Positions 35,691 to 46,146 are shown, numbered from the stretch's first letter. The stretch is DNA of 51,760 nt from a virus (IMGVR_UViG_3300007074_000016:1-51760), one strand, 5' to 3'. Numbers and translations are program-made. The notes: generated from the sequence alone by a model not told the origin.

Positions 35691-37136
35691 GTGATTATGG
35701 ATTATAGATTTAAAACTAAACCTTTTAAACATCAATTAGATGCTTTAAATGAAAGTTGGAACAAACAAAACTGGGCTTTATTTATGGAAATGGGTACTGG
35801 TAAAACCAAAGTAGCAATAGATAATATTGCCATCCTTTATGATAAAGGAAAAGTAAATTCTGCTTTAGTTATAGCTCCTAATGGTATTAAAAGAAATTGG
35901 CGTAATGAATTAAAAATTCATTTACCTGATCACATTAATTATCGTTGCGCTGTTTGGGCTTCTTCACCTAAGAAAAAAGATCTTTTAGAGTTAGAAAAAA
36001 TAAATGTTATTACTGATGATTTAGTAATTCTTATTATGAACATTGAAGCTTTTCAAAGTGGTAAAGGTTTTCAGTATGCTTATAATTTTTTATTAAGAAC
36101 ATCCAGTTTTGTTTGTATAGATGAATCAACTACAATTAAAAATCATAACGCTAAGAGAACAAAAAATATAATTAAACTTTCTAATTGTGCAAAGTACAAA
36201 AGAATAATGACAGGTTCTCCTGTTACTAAATCTCCTTTGGATTTATATAGCCAGGTACAATTTTTAGATCCTTATCTTATCGAACAACAAAGTTATTATA
36301 GTTTTAGATCAAGATACGCTGTCGTTGTTTCGAGATCCGTGGGCAGTCATTCGTTTCAACATATCGTTAAATACCAAAGACTAGATGAGTTACAGGAAAA
36401 AATAAAAGAATTTTCTACAAGAATTCTAAAATCAGAGTGCTTAGATTTACCTGAAAAACTTTATACAAAAAGAACTGTCGCTATGACAGCAGAACAATTA
36501 AAAGCTTATATAGAAATTAGAAATTCTGCTATGACTTTTTTAGAAAACGACAAAATGATGAGTGCACCTACAATACTAACTCAAATTATTCGCTTACATC
36601 AAATTACTTGTGGTCATTTTAAATCTGATGACGGTGAGGTTATTCCTCTTAAAAATAATAGACTACAAGAACTTCTAAATGTTTTAGAAGAAACAAACGG
36701 CAAGGTAATTATCTGGGCTGTTTACAGACATGATATACAAACTATAGAAAAAGGAATAGGTGAAATATATGGTAAAGAATCTGTGGCTTCATATTATGGT
36801 GATACGCCAGATAGTGATCGTCAGTCTATTGTGGACAGTTTTCAAGATAGCGAAAGCCCTCTCCGATTTTTTGTCGGAAATCCAAAAACAGGAGGCTATG
36901 GGCTCACTCTTACTGCTTCTCACACTGTCGTTTATTATAGTAATGATTACAGTTTAGAAATACGTATGCAATCAGAAGATCGAGCACATCGTATAGGACA
37001 GACTAATAAAGTGACTTATGTGGATTTAATTGCTGAAGGAACTATAGATGAAAAAATTGTTAAAGCTTTAAATAATAAGATTGATTTGGCTAGTCAGGTT
37101 ATGGGTGAGGACCCTAAAAAAATACTTTTTGATTAA
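35691..37136 (+). CDS. SNF2-family (SF2) helicase
   Basis: MEMGTGKT, IDES, MTGSP, GGYGLTLT, QSEDRAHRIGQ. Confidence 0.92.
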   Translation: MIMDYRFKTKPFKHQLDALNESWNKQNWALFMEMGTGKTKVAIDNIAILYDKGKVNSALVIAPNGIKRNWRNELKIHLPDHINYRCAVWASSPKKKDLLELEKINVITDDLVILIMNIEAFQSGKGFQYAYNFLLRTSSFVCIDESTTIKNHNAKRTKNIIKLSNCAKYKRIMTGSPVTKSPLDLYSQVQFLDPYLIEQQSYYSFRSRYAVVVSRSVGSHSFQHIVKYQRLDELQEKIKEFSTRILKSECLDLPEKLYTKRTVAMTAEQLKAYIEIRNSAMTFLENDKMMSAPTILTQIIRLHQITCGHFKSDDGEVIPLKNNRLQELLNVLEETNGKVIIWAVYRHDIQTIEKGIGEIYGKESVASYYGDTPDSDRQSIVDSFQDSESPLRFFVGNPKTGGYGLTLTASHTVVYYSNDYSLEIRMQSEDRAHRIGQTNKVTYVDLIAEGTIDEKIVKALNNKIDLASQVMGEDPKKILFD

Positions 37137-37335
37137 TATTTTGTTGTAATAGTATTTCTAATCTTATAACACGTTCTCTTATATCTGGAATATCTTGAGT
37201 AATGGTTTGTTCAAGCATACTCTGCTTTGCTTCAATAGCTTCTAATTTTTGACTCATCATTCCATAAACACTTCCAGCACTAACAAGTATCATTGAAAAC
37301 CATACTATGTTTCTAATGCTAAAATCTTTTTCCAT
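37114..37335 (-). CDS. Small TM plus coiled-coil protein
   Basis: IVWFSMILVSAGSVYGMM, then heptads. Confidence 0.65.
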   Translation of the reverse strand: MEKDFSIRNIVWFSMILVSAGSVYGMMSQKLEAIEAKQSMLEQTITQDIPDIRERVIRLEILLQQNINQKVFF

Positions 37336-38576
37336 TATCCTTGTGCCACTAAATCATTAATCATTTTTAATTTTTCATAAGTAGACATTGCACGTCCGCC
37401 TTGATTGTAACCCATCTGTAAATTTTTCATAATACGATCATCAATATTATCACTAGCACTTAATGACTGTGCGTTCATTGTAGCTCTATTAATATCTCCA
37501 CCATAAGCAAAACCACCTGCCACATTACCAAAAGGATATTGTGATGGATTAAAAACCATAGCTCCGTCACTATCCATGTAAGGATTATCTATTTCATTTA
37601 CTCTTTGACCGTACACATTCAAATCACCTGGGTTGTCTTCTTCAAAAATATTTTGTCTTTGTGATGTTTGTGTTGGGAAAGGACTTGTTCTTTGTCTAGA
37701 ATAATCTGTTTGAGAAACTTCTGTGCCACCTATTGTTGTTGGATCATATAAAGTACCTTCTGCACTACCCATACCGGTTGGATCAGTAGCATCTGTTCTT
37801 GGATTTTCTGCACTACCCATACCAGTTGGATCTCTTTCTTGAAATTGATAACCAGGAGGTACTTGATTAAAATTAGAAAAGTCTTCTAACGCAGACATAT
37901 CTTCTATACCTATTTCACCTTGGGTAGGTAATGATTCACCTTGATATGCTCCTTCATAATTACTTGGATATACTATTTCTTGTAAAGACTGTTGATCAGG
38001 CATTTGTTCATTTGTTTTGATATTTAATAATTTATTTTGTAATTGACTTAAACCTAGAGACTCTCCTAATCTACTAAATAAGCTACCTAAACCACCTGCG
38101 TTTCCTATTGCTTTATTTGCTGCATAAGCTCCAGCAGATAATGGTCCACCCATAACTGATAAAGCTGCGGGAATAAACCCAGATCTACCTACGTCTCCTA
38201 ATGCTTGTCTAAAAGTAGGTTGGTTTGCTGAAAAAAATCTTAAATTTCCTTGTGAGTCAAAATCTGTTGGAGTAAAATCTCTTGTGCCGTCACCAAACTG
38301 TCCGCCACCTGAAGTTTTAGCACCTCTGCCGTAATCAACTAAAACCTTTTCTAAATTTGCTTTTGCTGTGCCATAATCACGATTTATGTCGTCAGTTGTT
38401 ATACTTCGAATACCTCTTTTTGCTTTAATAGCATCAATAACTTGTTTGTCTAATGCCTGACGTTCCATAGGACTTTGCATCCTGTCATCAAAAGCTGCTT
38501 GGTTTTTTTCTTGTTGGGTTTGTCTGTTGGTTTTTTTATAGTTATTACCACCAAAAAATCTATCGAATAGTCCCAT
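37335..38576 (-). CDS. Putative internal virion protein
   Basis: Gly/Gln-rich, central hydrophobic patch, FAYGG and YNQGG, DPTGMGSAE twice. Confidence 0.55.
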   Translation of the reverse strand: MGLFDRFFGGNNYKKTNRQTQQEKNQAAFDDRMQSPMERQALDKQVIDAIKAKRGIRSITTDDINRDYGTAKANLEKVLVDYGRGAKTSGGGQFGDGTRDFTPTDFDSQGNLRFFSANQPTFRQALGDVGRSGFIPAALSVMGGPLSAGAYAANKAIGNAGGLGSLFSRLGESLGLSQLQNKLLNIKTNEQMPDQQSLQEIVYPSNYEGAYQGESLPTQGEIGIEDMSALEDFSNFNQVPPGYQFQERDPTGMGSAENPRTDATDPTGMGSAEGTLYDPTTIGGTEVSQTDYSRQRTSPFPTQTSQRQNIFEEDNPGDLNVYGQRVNEIDNPYMDSDGAMVFNPSQYPFGNVAGGFAYGGDINRATMNAQSLSASDNIDDRIMKNLQMGYNQGGRAMSTYEKLKMINDLVAQG

Positions 38577-41398
38577 TATCTTCTCCCTAATGCTATAGCT
38601 TCGTCTAAATTGCCACCAGCTAAAGCTGCTCTTTGTTCAGGATTTAATGCTGCTGCTGCATTACCTCCCATACCTGCACCAGTTTGTTGTATTGCTTGAT
38701 CAAAGTCAACATTTAAAAACGGATCTACAGGAGCATCTGCAACATTTATTTGTTCTGATTGAACCTCATTAACATCTTGAATCACGCCATTTGCAGACTC
38801 ACTAAACACATTCTTATCTGAAGCTTTACTTATTTCAACGTCATTTGCATAACCATTTTTGTCTGTATTTATAAACATTCCTTCACTGCCTGGAAAAGTC
38901 ACAGCTTGGTTGTTACCAAAAATTAATATTTTCATAACATCCACAGGATTACCTGGATCATAATTATCTTTTATTTCCTGCGGTACGTTTTTGTTGTTAG
39001 ATGTATCATCAAAAGCCATTTGACCTAGTTTAATAAGTGCTTGTCTTTTAGCTAATTCACTTAAATCAGGGTTCATTACACTAGATATACTATCCAAAAA
39101 TTTAGGATCAGCCATTTTACTCATACCGTATCTAGCCATAAGTATAGCACCTAAGTTTCCAAAAGGGTCTGCTGCTACAATTCCACCAAATGCAAGGTTA
39201 GTGATAGCGTTGATACCACCTAAGAAACCACGTCTTTTAACAAACTCAGAAACATTACCAAAAGATGTTTGTTGTATCTGCTCTGCTAAATTAATGACGT
39301 CTTCTAATTTTTTAAATTGACCTTCACCCATAATTTCAATCATAGACTTTCTTTTATTAAAATTAGTTATGCCAAAAGTTTCTTTTAATTGATCAATTTG
39401 AAGAACAGGGATATTGTATTGAACAGTTTTTGTTCCTTTTGCAATTTCTTTACCTGAAAATAAAGAACCTATTTTTTTACCTAAACCTACTTCATCATTA
39501 AATACTTTTACATCACCGCTAATATAAGAAGTTGCGTTTCTAAGTTTATCATCAAAAAATGACCTACCCATTGCTCTGACCGCGTCATCACCTAAAGCTT
39601 CTTTCATTTCTTTAATAGCCAATGGTGCCATCATTGACTCATCATTAAGAAGAATTCTTGTTAACATGTCATTTGTATAAAAACCAGGGTCTACATCATC
39701 AGTTACTTTAACTGCATTTTTATCAGCCATTTTCATAATTTGAGAAGTTCTTCCTCTTAAAGTATCTTTATTTTGAAAAAAGAAATCATTAGCCAATTGC
39801 ATACCAGCTCCAAATTGATCTGTTAAACCTGCTTTTGCAGGATCATCTAAAACTTTGAAACCTTTAAAGTCATTTAAACTTTCAATCATTGCATTTGTAA
39901 AATTATCAACACCACCTAGTGTTTCTCCAAGATTAGGATTTGCAGCCGCAACTTTTTTTAATTTGTTTAATTGAGTTTGTAATTCAGTAAACTCTCTTGC
40001 TGTCATAAAATCGTTTTTTAAATATTGTAAATTAATTAACGCGTCTTCAAAATCACCAGCGTCTCCTGTAAACTTTTTAAAATTTTCTACTACACTAGAC
40101 ATTGTGTAACCATCTTGACTTTTAATAGGATTTGAAATAACCCTACGGCCATTTTCCATTTGTACATTTTTTCCTAAAAGTTCTTGTAGTATTTGAGCTT
40201 GTTCTTTAATTTTAGATGTTGGAATAAAAGCTTCTCCTATTTTATCACCTATATCCATTGCTCTTTTATAAAGAAGTGTTTTAGTACTACTAAAAGCCTT
40301 TACAGTATCTGAAAATCCTTTGACAGCTCTTAAAGATGAATCTGCAAATAAACTAATAGGTGAAAGATTATTTAAAATTTTATTAACATTTTCCGCTAAA
40401 GCAACTTGTTGAATATTTTGTGCTTGCCTAGCTTTTGTAGCAACAAAAGGAAATAAACCTATAACTTTTCCTGCACCTGACACAAAACCATTTGGTGATA
40501 CAGAAAAAACATTCATTGGGATGTTTAAATTTTTTGCTTTGTCGATCATTTTTTTCTGTGTTTCTTTAATTCCAAAAATTCCTCTACCCATCATTCTTTT
40601 AACGTTGGGCCAAACAGCTTGTAAACCCATAGCTCCACCTGAAAACAATAATTCATCTCTCATATCCATTAAGTTTCTTAATTTCTCGTCTTTTTCATAA
40701 GCAGCCTCTGGATCAGGTAAACCCATTATAACTCTAGTGGCATCATTAATTAAATCATAAGCTACGTTACCAGTGCCCTTAGAAGCAACATTAGTTGCTA
40801 CTAAAGCGCCAGCTCCTGCAACTGGATTTTTCTTCAAGTTGTGAAAAAAAGCGTTTTGTAAAGTTCTATTACCATTAGGTATAAACTGACTATCACGAGC
40901 ATTAATTTGTTCACCTGCAAAAGCCATGTCTCCACCTATAACGGCCATGTCAGAAAATGTACTTTTAACATCTTTTCCTACTAATTTATCTGCTGCAAAA
41001 TTTCCTAAACCTTCTTTAATTTTTCCTGGCTCAAAAGGTTGCCCTCCTGGAAAAATATCGGCAAACTCTCCAATAGCGGTTCCTAGACCAGGCGCTCCTT
41101 CTTCTCTAGCCGCTGCTGCTCTGTCTCCCAAAAGAGACTGAATAGGATTATTAATTAAGTCTTCTCTAGCTTGAATTAATTGACTAGATGCATTTAATTT
41201 TTTTTTCATATCGTTTGACACAACACTACCACCTTGCAGTTTCATAATTATTTGATCAATTGCATTTCTTTCATTTTCGTTTCTAGGAAATTGATCAGAT
41301 CCTTTTCCATCTACTGTAGTGGGGACGCTAAGATTTGTCATTCCAAGCTCAGGATTAAAAATACTTAAATCAAATTGTATTTGGGTTGTTTCTTCCAT
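38576..41398 (-). CDS. Putative large internal virion / DNA ejection protein
   Basis: 940 aa, helical, Gly/Ala hydrophobic patches, in a coupled operon. Confidence 0.6.
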   Translation of the reverse strand: MEETTQIQFDLSIFNPELGMTNLSVPTTVDGKGSDQFPRNENERNAIDQIIMKLQGGSVVSNDMKKKLNASSQLIQAREDLINNPIQSLLGDRAAAAREEGAPGLGTAIGEFADIFPGGQPFEPGKIKEGLGNFAADKLVGKDVKSTFSDMAVIGGDMAFAGEQINARDSQFIPNGNRTLQNAFFHNLKKNPVAGAGALVATNVASKGTGNVAYDLINDATRVIMGLPDPEAAYEKDEKLRNLMDMRDELLFSGGAMGLQAVWPNVKRMMGRGIFGIKETQKKMIDKAKNLNIPMNVFSVSPNGFVSGAGKVIGLFPFVATKARQAQNIQQVALAENVNKILNNLSPISLFADSSLRAVKGFSDTVKAFSSTKTLLYKRAMDIGDKIGEAFIPTSKIKEQAQILQELLGKNVQMENGRRVISNPIKSQDGYTMSSVVENFKKFTGDAGDFEDALINLQYLKNDFMTAREFTELQTQLNKLKKVAAANPNLGETLGGVDNFTNAMIESLNDFKGFKVLDDPAKAGLTDQFGAGMQLANDFFFQNKDTLRGRTSQIMKMADKNAVKVTDDVDPGFYTNDMLTRILLNDESMMAPLAIKEMKEALGDDAVRAMGRSFFDDKLRNATSYISGDVKVFNDEVGLGKKIGSLFSGKEIAKGTKTVQYNIPVLQIDQLKETFGITNFNKRKSMIEIMGEGQFKKLEDVINLAEQIQQTSFGNVSEFVKRRGFLGGINAITNLAFGGIVAADPFGNLGAILMARYGMSKMADPKFLDSISSVMNPDLSELAKRQALIKLGQMAFDDTSNNKNVPQEIKDNYDPGNPVDVMKILIFGNNQAVTFPGSEGMFINTDKNGYANDVEISKASDKNVFSESANGVIQDVNEVQSEQINVADAPVDPFLNVDFDQAIQQTGAGMGGNAAAALNPEQRAALAGGNLDEAIALGRR

Positions 41399-43185
41399 TA
41401 GTTAACTACCGTTACCCCTCCATCTGCTCCAATACTAAATCCTTTGCTATAATCTATTTGGTTAGATTCACTTTGTCCTTTAATAGAATTGTTTAGAATC
41501 TCTGTAACTCTTGTTCTATCGTAATTTCCATAACCTAGTTTTATCATTTTTTCGTAATAATCTGGGAAAAATAAGTTAATAGTTCCCATTGTATCTGCTC
41601 TATTGGCTTTTAATTCTTGTGTTATAACATCAATCTTAGCTATAACGTCAGCAGATGAATCACCATATATATTAAGATCTTTTGCAGCACGTTGAATATC
41701 ATCTAAGTTTAATCTTCCTGATGATTTACGTGATCTAGCTATAGCATAAATAATAGCATTGGCTCTTACTTCATTAGCTGGTAACTCTGAATCAAAAAAT
41801 CTTAATTTTTTAAAAATTGCTTGTTTAGCTTCTTCACTTTCAAAAAATTCATTATAAAATTGATCTTTTCCTCCTGCCATTGCCGCTTTCATTTGAGCTC
41901 TTCCTATAACTCCTAATTGATCAAAGGCTGCTTGCGACTGTTGTAAAGATGCTAAATCTTCTTTATCTAAAACACCGTTTTTTATATCTTCTTGTATCGA
42001 AGGGTCTTGTAAATAAATGTCAATTGTACTTGATAAACTTTGAAATGATTTTTTCTTTTCATTTGTATATGGATCAACATATTCTTCATCAAAAAAATTA
42101 TTAAATTGATAATTATAAGAATCAGCAAAAATCTGTGAATAGGTTTGAAATCTTTTTTGAATACCTGCTAAAAAACCAGCTCTGTTTGGTTTGTCAATAA
42201 AAGACTCTCTTAATGAATCAAGAGTTAAAAGAGCTCTATCTGTTACATCAAGACCTCCTTTGATATCTAAAAAACTAGAACCATTTTGTCCAACGCCTGA
42301 TTGATCTGGAGTACCTGTAATAGTTGTTTTGACTTCTATAATACCTTCAGGATTTGCAATTAATTCCATAACAGGTAGTCCGTCATTTCCTATCTGATTA
42401 GTGGGTTTGTAATATTGAGGAGCAGACAATATACCATCTTCTCCGATTGATTGTACAACAAACGCGTCAAACGGGTCACTAAGTTCTCCTTCTAAATCTT
42501 TTTGTCTTATTTGAACTCTTTTTGGTTTAACACCATCTAATTGATAATCTTGAAATTTTCCTGTAGCAGCTTTCATTTGATCTGTGTACAAAGTCATTTT
42601 AGCTTTGTCAGCGGCTATTGCTGCATCATAATCTTTACCAGCAACTGAAGTTAATAAAGTTCTATTAGCATCAAAAACACCTTTTCTGTCTAATATGTTT
42701 TTAGCGTCTTGTTGTAGTTTAAGAGATATTTTTGCTTGAGCGTTAGTTTTCTGTTCTTTTTTTTGAGCAGCTTTTATTTGTGAAAGATTTTGAGTTAGTC
42801 CTTGAGCAGCGCCTGCTAAAGAAGCTCCTATTTTACCACCTGCTGTAGGATTTAATAAACCAAAACCAAATTGTGAAAGAGCTAATAATCTCTCATCTTT
42901 GTAACTAGAATCTTTATATAAATTATCTATTTGTTTATCAGATAAAGTTGGTGTGCCATATTTTGCAAGATAAGATTCTTCATCTAATAGAAAAGGTAAA
43001 AAAGCGTTAGCTGCACTAGGATTAGATAATACTGGAGCTGTTGGAAATAAATCACCAGGAAGTACTTGAGGAAAAGATGTATTCCCAGGAGTTATTTGAG
43101 GAGTAGAAACAGTTAAATTGTTATTACTACCTACAAGACTTCCTTCAATAGCAGGCATTTGTGTAAAAATATCTTCATCTTCCAT
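41398..43185 (-). CDS. Putative internal virion / ejection protein
   Basis: 595 aa; LALSQFGFGLL...GASLAGAAQG segment followed by coiled coil. Confidence 0.6.
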   Translation of the reverse strand: MEDEDIFTQMPAIEGSLVGSNNNLTVSTPQITPGNTSFPQVLPGDLFPTAPVLSNPSAANAFLPFLLDEESYLAKYGTPTLSDKQIDNLYKDSSYKDERLLALSQFGFGLLNPTAGGKIGASLAGAAQGLTQNLSQIKAAQKKEQKTNAQAKISLKLQQDAKNILDRKGVFDANRTLLTSVAGKDYDAAIAADKAKMTLYTDQMKAATGKFQDYQLDGVKPKRVQIRQKDLEGELSDPFDAFVVQSIGEDGILSAPQYYKPTNQIGNDGLPVMELIANPEGIIEVKTTITGTPDQSGVGQNGSSFLDIKGGLDVTDRALLTLDSLRESFIDKPNRAGFLAGIQKRFQTYSQIFADSYNYQFNNFFDEEYVDPYTNEKKKSFQSLSSTIDIYLQDPSIQEDIKNGVLDKEDLASLQQSQAAFDQLGVIGRAQMKAAMAGGKDQFYNEFFESEEAKQAIFKKLRFFDSELPANEVRANAIIYAIARSRKSSGRLNLDDIQRAAKDLNIYGDSSADVIAKIDVITQELKANRADTMGTINLFFPDYYEKMIKLGYGNYDRTRVTEILNNSIKGQSESNQIDYSKGFSIGADGGVTVVN

Positions 43186-44075
43186 TATACTGTTGTTCCT
43201 TGGTTTAATAAACCATAAGCACCTAAGCCCATACCAATTCCTCCAAGAGTAGGGTTAGTATAAGGCATTGGTTTTTGTGTTAATGTTTGTGATACTGAAG
43301 GTACACCTGCTAGTGTATCACCAAAGTAACTGACTCTTCCAAAAGGTTCTGCTTTTTGAGCTTCTGCAAATCTAAATTGTTCATTGAAGCCTTGTTGTTC
43401 TTGACTTTGTTGTTGTTGTCCAAACTGGAATAAACTTCCTAAACCTTGTGTGTCCATGTTTGCTTTTTGTGTACCAAAATTTGCAAATAAAGGAGCTGCT
43501 TGTAGCTGTCTTCCTTGATTAGATTCATAAGTAGTTATAGCTTTGTTTTGCGCTTGTTCAAAATTTTGTGCTAAGTCTTGAAAAATTCTTCTAGATTTAA
43601 TGTCTTGTAAATTATTTTCTAATTCACCCCTAGCTATTTCATAACGAGATCCTCCAAAAACATCACCTCTTGTAGCATCACCAGCAAGTCTATTTCTTGC
43701 TTCCTGAGCTTGGTCATCCATTTGTTTTAAAGCTTCAGATGTTACATCTGCTTGATACTGATTAAAAAATTGATTGTAGTTACTAGAGCTTGGATCGTAT
43801 TGTTGTGTGGCTTGACCTAAACTAGCTAGCCCTGATGCGAATTGAGGATCATATTGTGCACCTGCTCCTGTTGGTAAACCAGTGTTAGGATCTATACCAT
43901 AAAGATTAGATACTCCAGATATAGCTCCTGTTTGTAATGGTTTAAAACCTGCAATGCCTTGTTGATTAACTGCTGTAGGATTTTGTGTTAAATCATAAGC
44001 ATTTTGTAATTGTCTTCTTCTAAAATCTTCTAAATAAGGTGCTTCTCTTTGTATTTGTGTATATTCTTCAGGCAT
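43185..44075 (-). CDS. Putative DNA ejection (pilot-like) protein
   Basis: Gln-rich, FGGSR motif, hydrophobic Gly-rich C-term. Confidence 0.6.
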   Translation of the reverse strand: MPEEYTQIQREAPYLEDFRRRQLQNAYDLTQNPTAVNQQGIAGFKPLQTGAISGVSNLYGIDPNTGLPTGAGAQYDPQFASGLASLGQATQQYDPSSSNYNQFFNQYQADVTSEALKQMDDQAQEARNRLAGDATRGDVFGGSRYEIARGELENNLQDIKSRRIFQDLAQNFEQAQNKAITTYESNQGRQLQAAPLFANFGTQKANMDTQGLGSLFQFGQQQQSQEQQGFNEQFRFAEAQKAEPFGRVSYFGDTLAGVPSVSQTLTQKPMPYTNPTLGGIGMGLGAYGLLNQGTTV

Positions 44076-45070
44076 TATCCTCTTCCAATTCCTTTAGATG
44101 ATTCAGGATCTACTTTGTTCATAACTTTATACAAAGCGTTAGGGCCTCCTAATTTGTCTACTGCTTTTGCAGTGAAAACAAATTCACCATTACTTAACAT
44201 AGCTGGAATCTTATCATCTTTTGGACCACCTGGTCCTTTTATATCTCCAAATTTTCTAGGAAAGTATTGAGCAATACCTGGATTGTCTCCTGCAGTCATA
44301 CCACCGTCATTAAAATTACGAGGTTGTATGTCACCTCCTAAAGTACCTTTGATTCTTGTCATTTTATCAAAAGGATTGCCTCCCATATTTAATTTAGCTA
44401 TTCCACCAGAGGCTCTGTTAATTATATTACCTTCACCATCTGTTTCATAATTTTTGTATGTATTGTTGACAGCGTCATAAAAATCATAAGCAACACCTGT
44501 TGAAGGATCTATTGCTGTTCCGCGAATATTGTCTTCTATTCTATTTGATCGTCCCCCGAATTGACCACCATATTTTTCATCAGTTGAACTTCTGTAAGCG
44601 TTCATATCTACGGGTGGGTCTATATCGTCTTCTAAAGCATTTTTGGTTATTAAACTAAGTATAGTAGGAAGAGCTGCTTTACCTAAATTACTTCCAGCGG
44701 CTGTGTTACCCATTTTTAATAGGTCCATAATACCACCACCTAAACTTTGAGCACCACCTAAAAGGCCACTGCCTTGTACAGCTGGAGTTGTATATCCAGC
44801 AGATCCTGTTGCTGCTTGTGCAAAATTGCCTAGTACATTATTATTACCTAATAAAGTTCCTAAACCAAAATTTCTAGTTGCGTCTGAGCCTAGTCCAAAA
44901 GCTTTGCCTCCAAAGCCTCCTGCACCGCCCATTAGCATAGCTTTTAATGGATCGTCTTTAGCAAGAGCACCAATACCCGCTCCTATAAATGGATTACCTG
45001 TTAAGGCACCAATAATAGGCGCAGCATCTCCTGCCATATTTCTTAATTTTCTAAATATTTTTTTAAACAT
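44075..45070 (-). CDS. Putative internal virion protein with tape-measure-C-terminus-like domain
   Basis: Gly-zipper N-term; C-term FNDGG...GPGGPKDDKIPAMLSNGEFVFTAKAV. Confidence 0.65.
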   Translation of the reverse strand: MFKKIFRKLRNMAGDAAPIIGALTGNPFIGAGIGALAKDDPLKAMLMGGAGGFGGKAFGLGSDATRNFGLGTLLGNNNVLGNFAQAATGSAGYTTPAVQGSGLLGGAQSLGGGIMDLLKMGNTAAGSNLGKAALPTILSLITKNALEDDIDPPVDMNAYRSSTDEKYGGQFGGRSNRIEDNIRGTAIDPSTGVAYDFYDAVNNTYKNYETDGEGNIINRASGGIAKLNMGGNPFDKMTRIKGTLGGDIQPRNFNDGGMTAGDNPGIAQYFPRKFGDIKGPGGPKDDKIPAMLSNGEFVFTAKAVDKLGGPNALYKVMNKVDPESSKGIGRG

Positions 45071-45143
45071 AATATCCTTTGCAACTTATGACTTGTTTCG
45101 TGAGCAAGGAGGTTAGTCTTGTTTAAACCTTTTTTATGGTGTG

Positions 45144-45172
45144 AGTATAAGTGTTTTTATGCTATAGTGCAA
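45144..45172 (-). promoter_or_regulatory. Sigma70-type promoter for the ejection-protein operon
   Basis: TTGCAC-17 nt-TATACT; overlaps a plus-strand TGCTATAGT extended -10. Confidence 0.65.
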
Positions 45173-45185
45173 ATAGAAATTAGTC

Positions 45186-45473
45186 ATGAAAATAGACATA
45201 AAGAAAGTACCGATGGTCCGTGTAACGTGGTTAGATGCTCGTGATACTGAAACAGGCTGGCTGTCAGCACAGGAAATAGTTAATGCTCCGTTGGCCGTGT
45301 GCCAAGAAGTGGGGTGGATGGTAGTAAAAAACCAAGAGAAAATAGTTATTATGCGTTCTTGGTGTATAGATAAAGACGACAACCATGGAGGTGGAGCTGT
45401 CGCCATTCCAAGAGGTTGGGTAACAAAGATAGAATATTTAGGAGTACAATATGCAGAAAGAAGTAAGAATTAA
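45186..45473 (+). CDS. Hypothetical protein (VxWxDA type)
   Basis: VRVTWLDA...GW...VGW...IPRGWV. Confidence 0.75.
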   Translation: MKIDIKKVPMVRVTWLDARDTETGWLSAQEIVNAPLAVCQEVGWMVVKNQEKIVIMRSWCIDKDDNHGGGAVAIPRGWVTKIEYLGVQYAERSKN

Positions 45474-46146
45474 TAGTTTATTTGGTGAAACTATTTACCA
45501 CACGAATATAAAAAATAACCAAAAGATTAATAATAAAATTACACCTCACATTGAAAGCTTTGTCAAAGCTAGTCCGGGTAGCACGGCAGCTACTACAGAT
45601 GTTAAAGGTAATACATTGTTTACAGATGTAGAAACAGCTAAGGATAATCTCCATATAGATAATAAATACAAAGATTTATTTAAAGAAATAACAAATCATG
45701 TGACTGATTTTTTAAAAACAAAAGGATATAATCAAGATAAATTTGATGCCCATATAACTAAAGCGTGGGCCACTTACACTATAAAAGATCAGCACATAGC
45801 TAGTCACAAACACACAGCTAGTCATTTTAGTATGGTGTATTATGTTCGTAATGATGAAATGGGTAACATACAATTTGAAAAAGAACTTGCAGCCCAGACT
45901 GGTTTGTTTATTCCTCCGACCCAGGATTATATAACTGATTGGAATCAGTTTAATTTTGCTAGCTATGTTATTCCTGTTAAGACAGGAGACTTTTTAATTT
46001 TTCCTAGTGGCTTACTTCATTACACACAGACTAACACTAAAGACATTCCAAGAATAAGTATTAGTGGAGATATCTTGCTTACTATGAAAGAAAATATTAA
46101 AACTGAGCACTGTATTCCTCACCCTTCGGGTTGGAAAACAATATAA
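45451..46146 (+). CDS. 2OG-Fe(II) oxygenase (TIGR02466-like)
   Basis: HKH, SMVYYV, LIFPSGLLH, RISIS. Confidence 0.85.
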   Translation: MQKEVRINSLFGETIYHTNIKNNQKINNKITPHIESFVKASPGSTAATTDVKGNTLFTDVETAKDNLHIDNKYKDLFKEITNHVTDFLKTKGYNQDKFDAHITKAWATYTIKDQHIASHKHTASHFSMVYYVRNDEMGNIQFEKELAAQTGLFIPPTQDYITDWNQFNFASYVIPVKTGDFLIFPSGLLHYTQTNTKDIPRISISGDILLTMKENIKTEHCIPHPSGWKTI

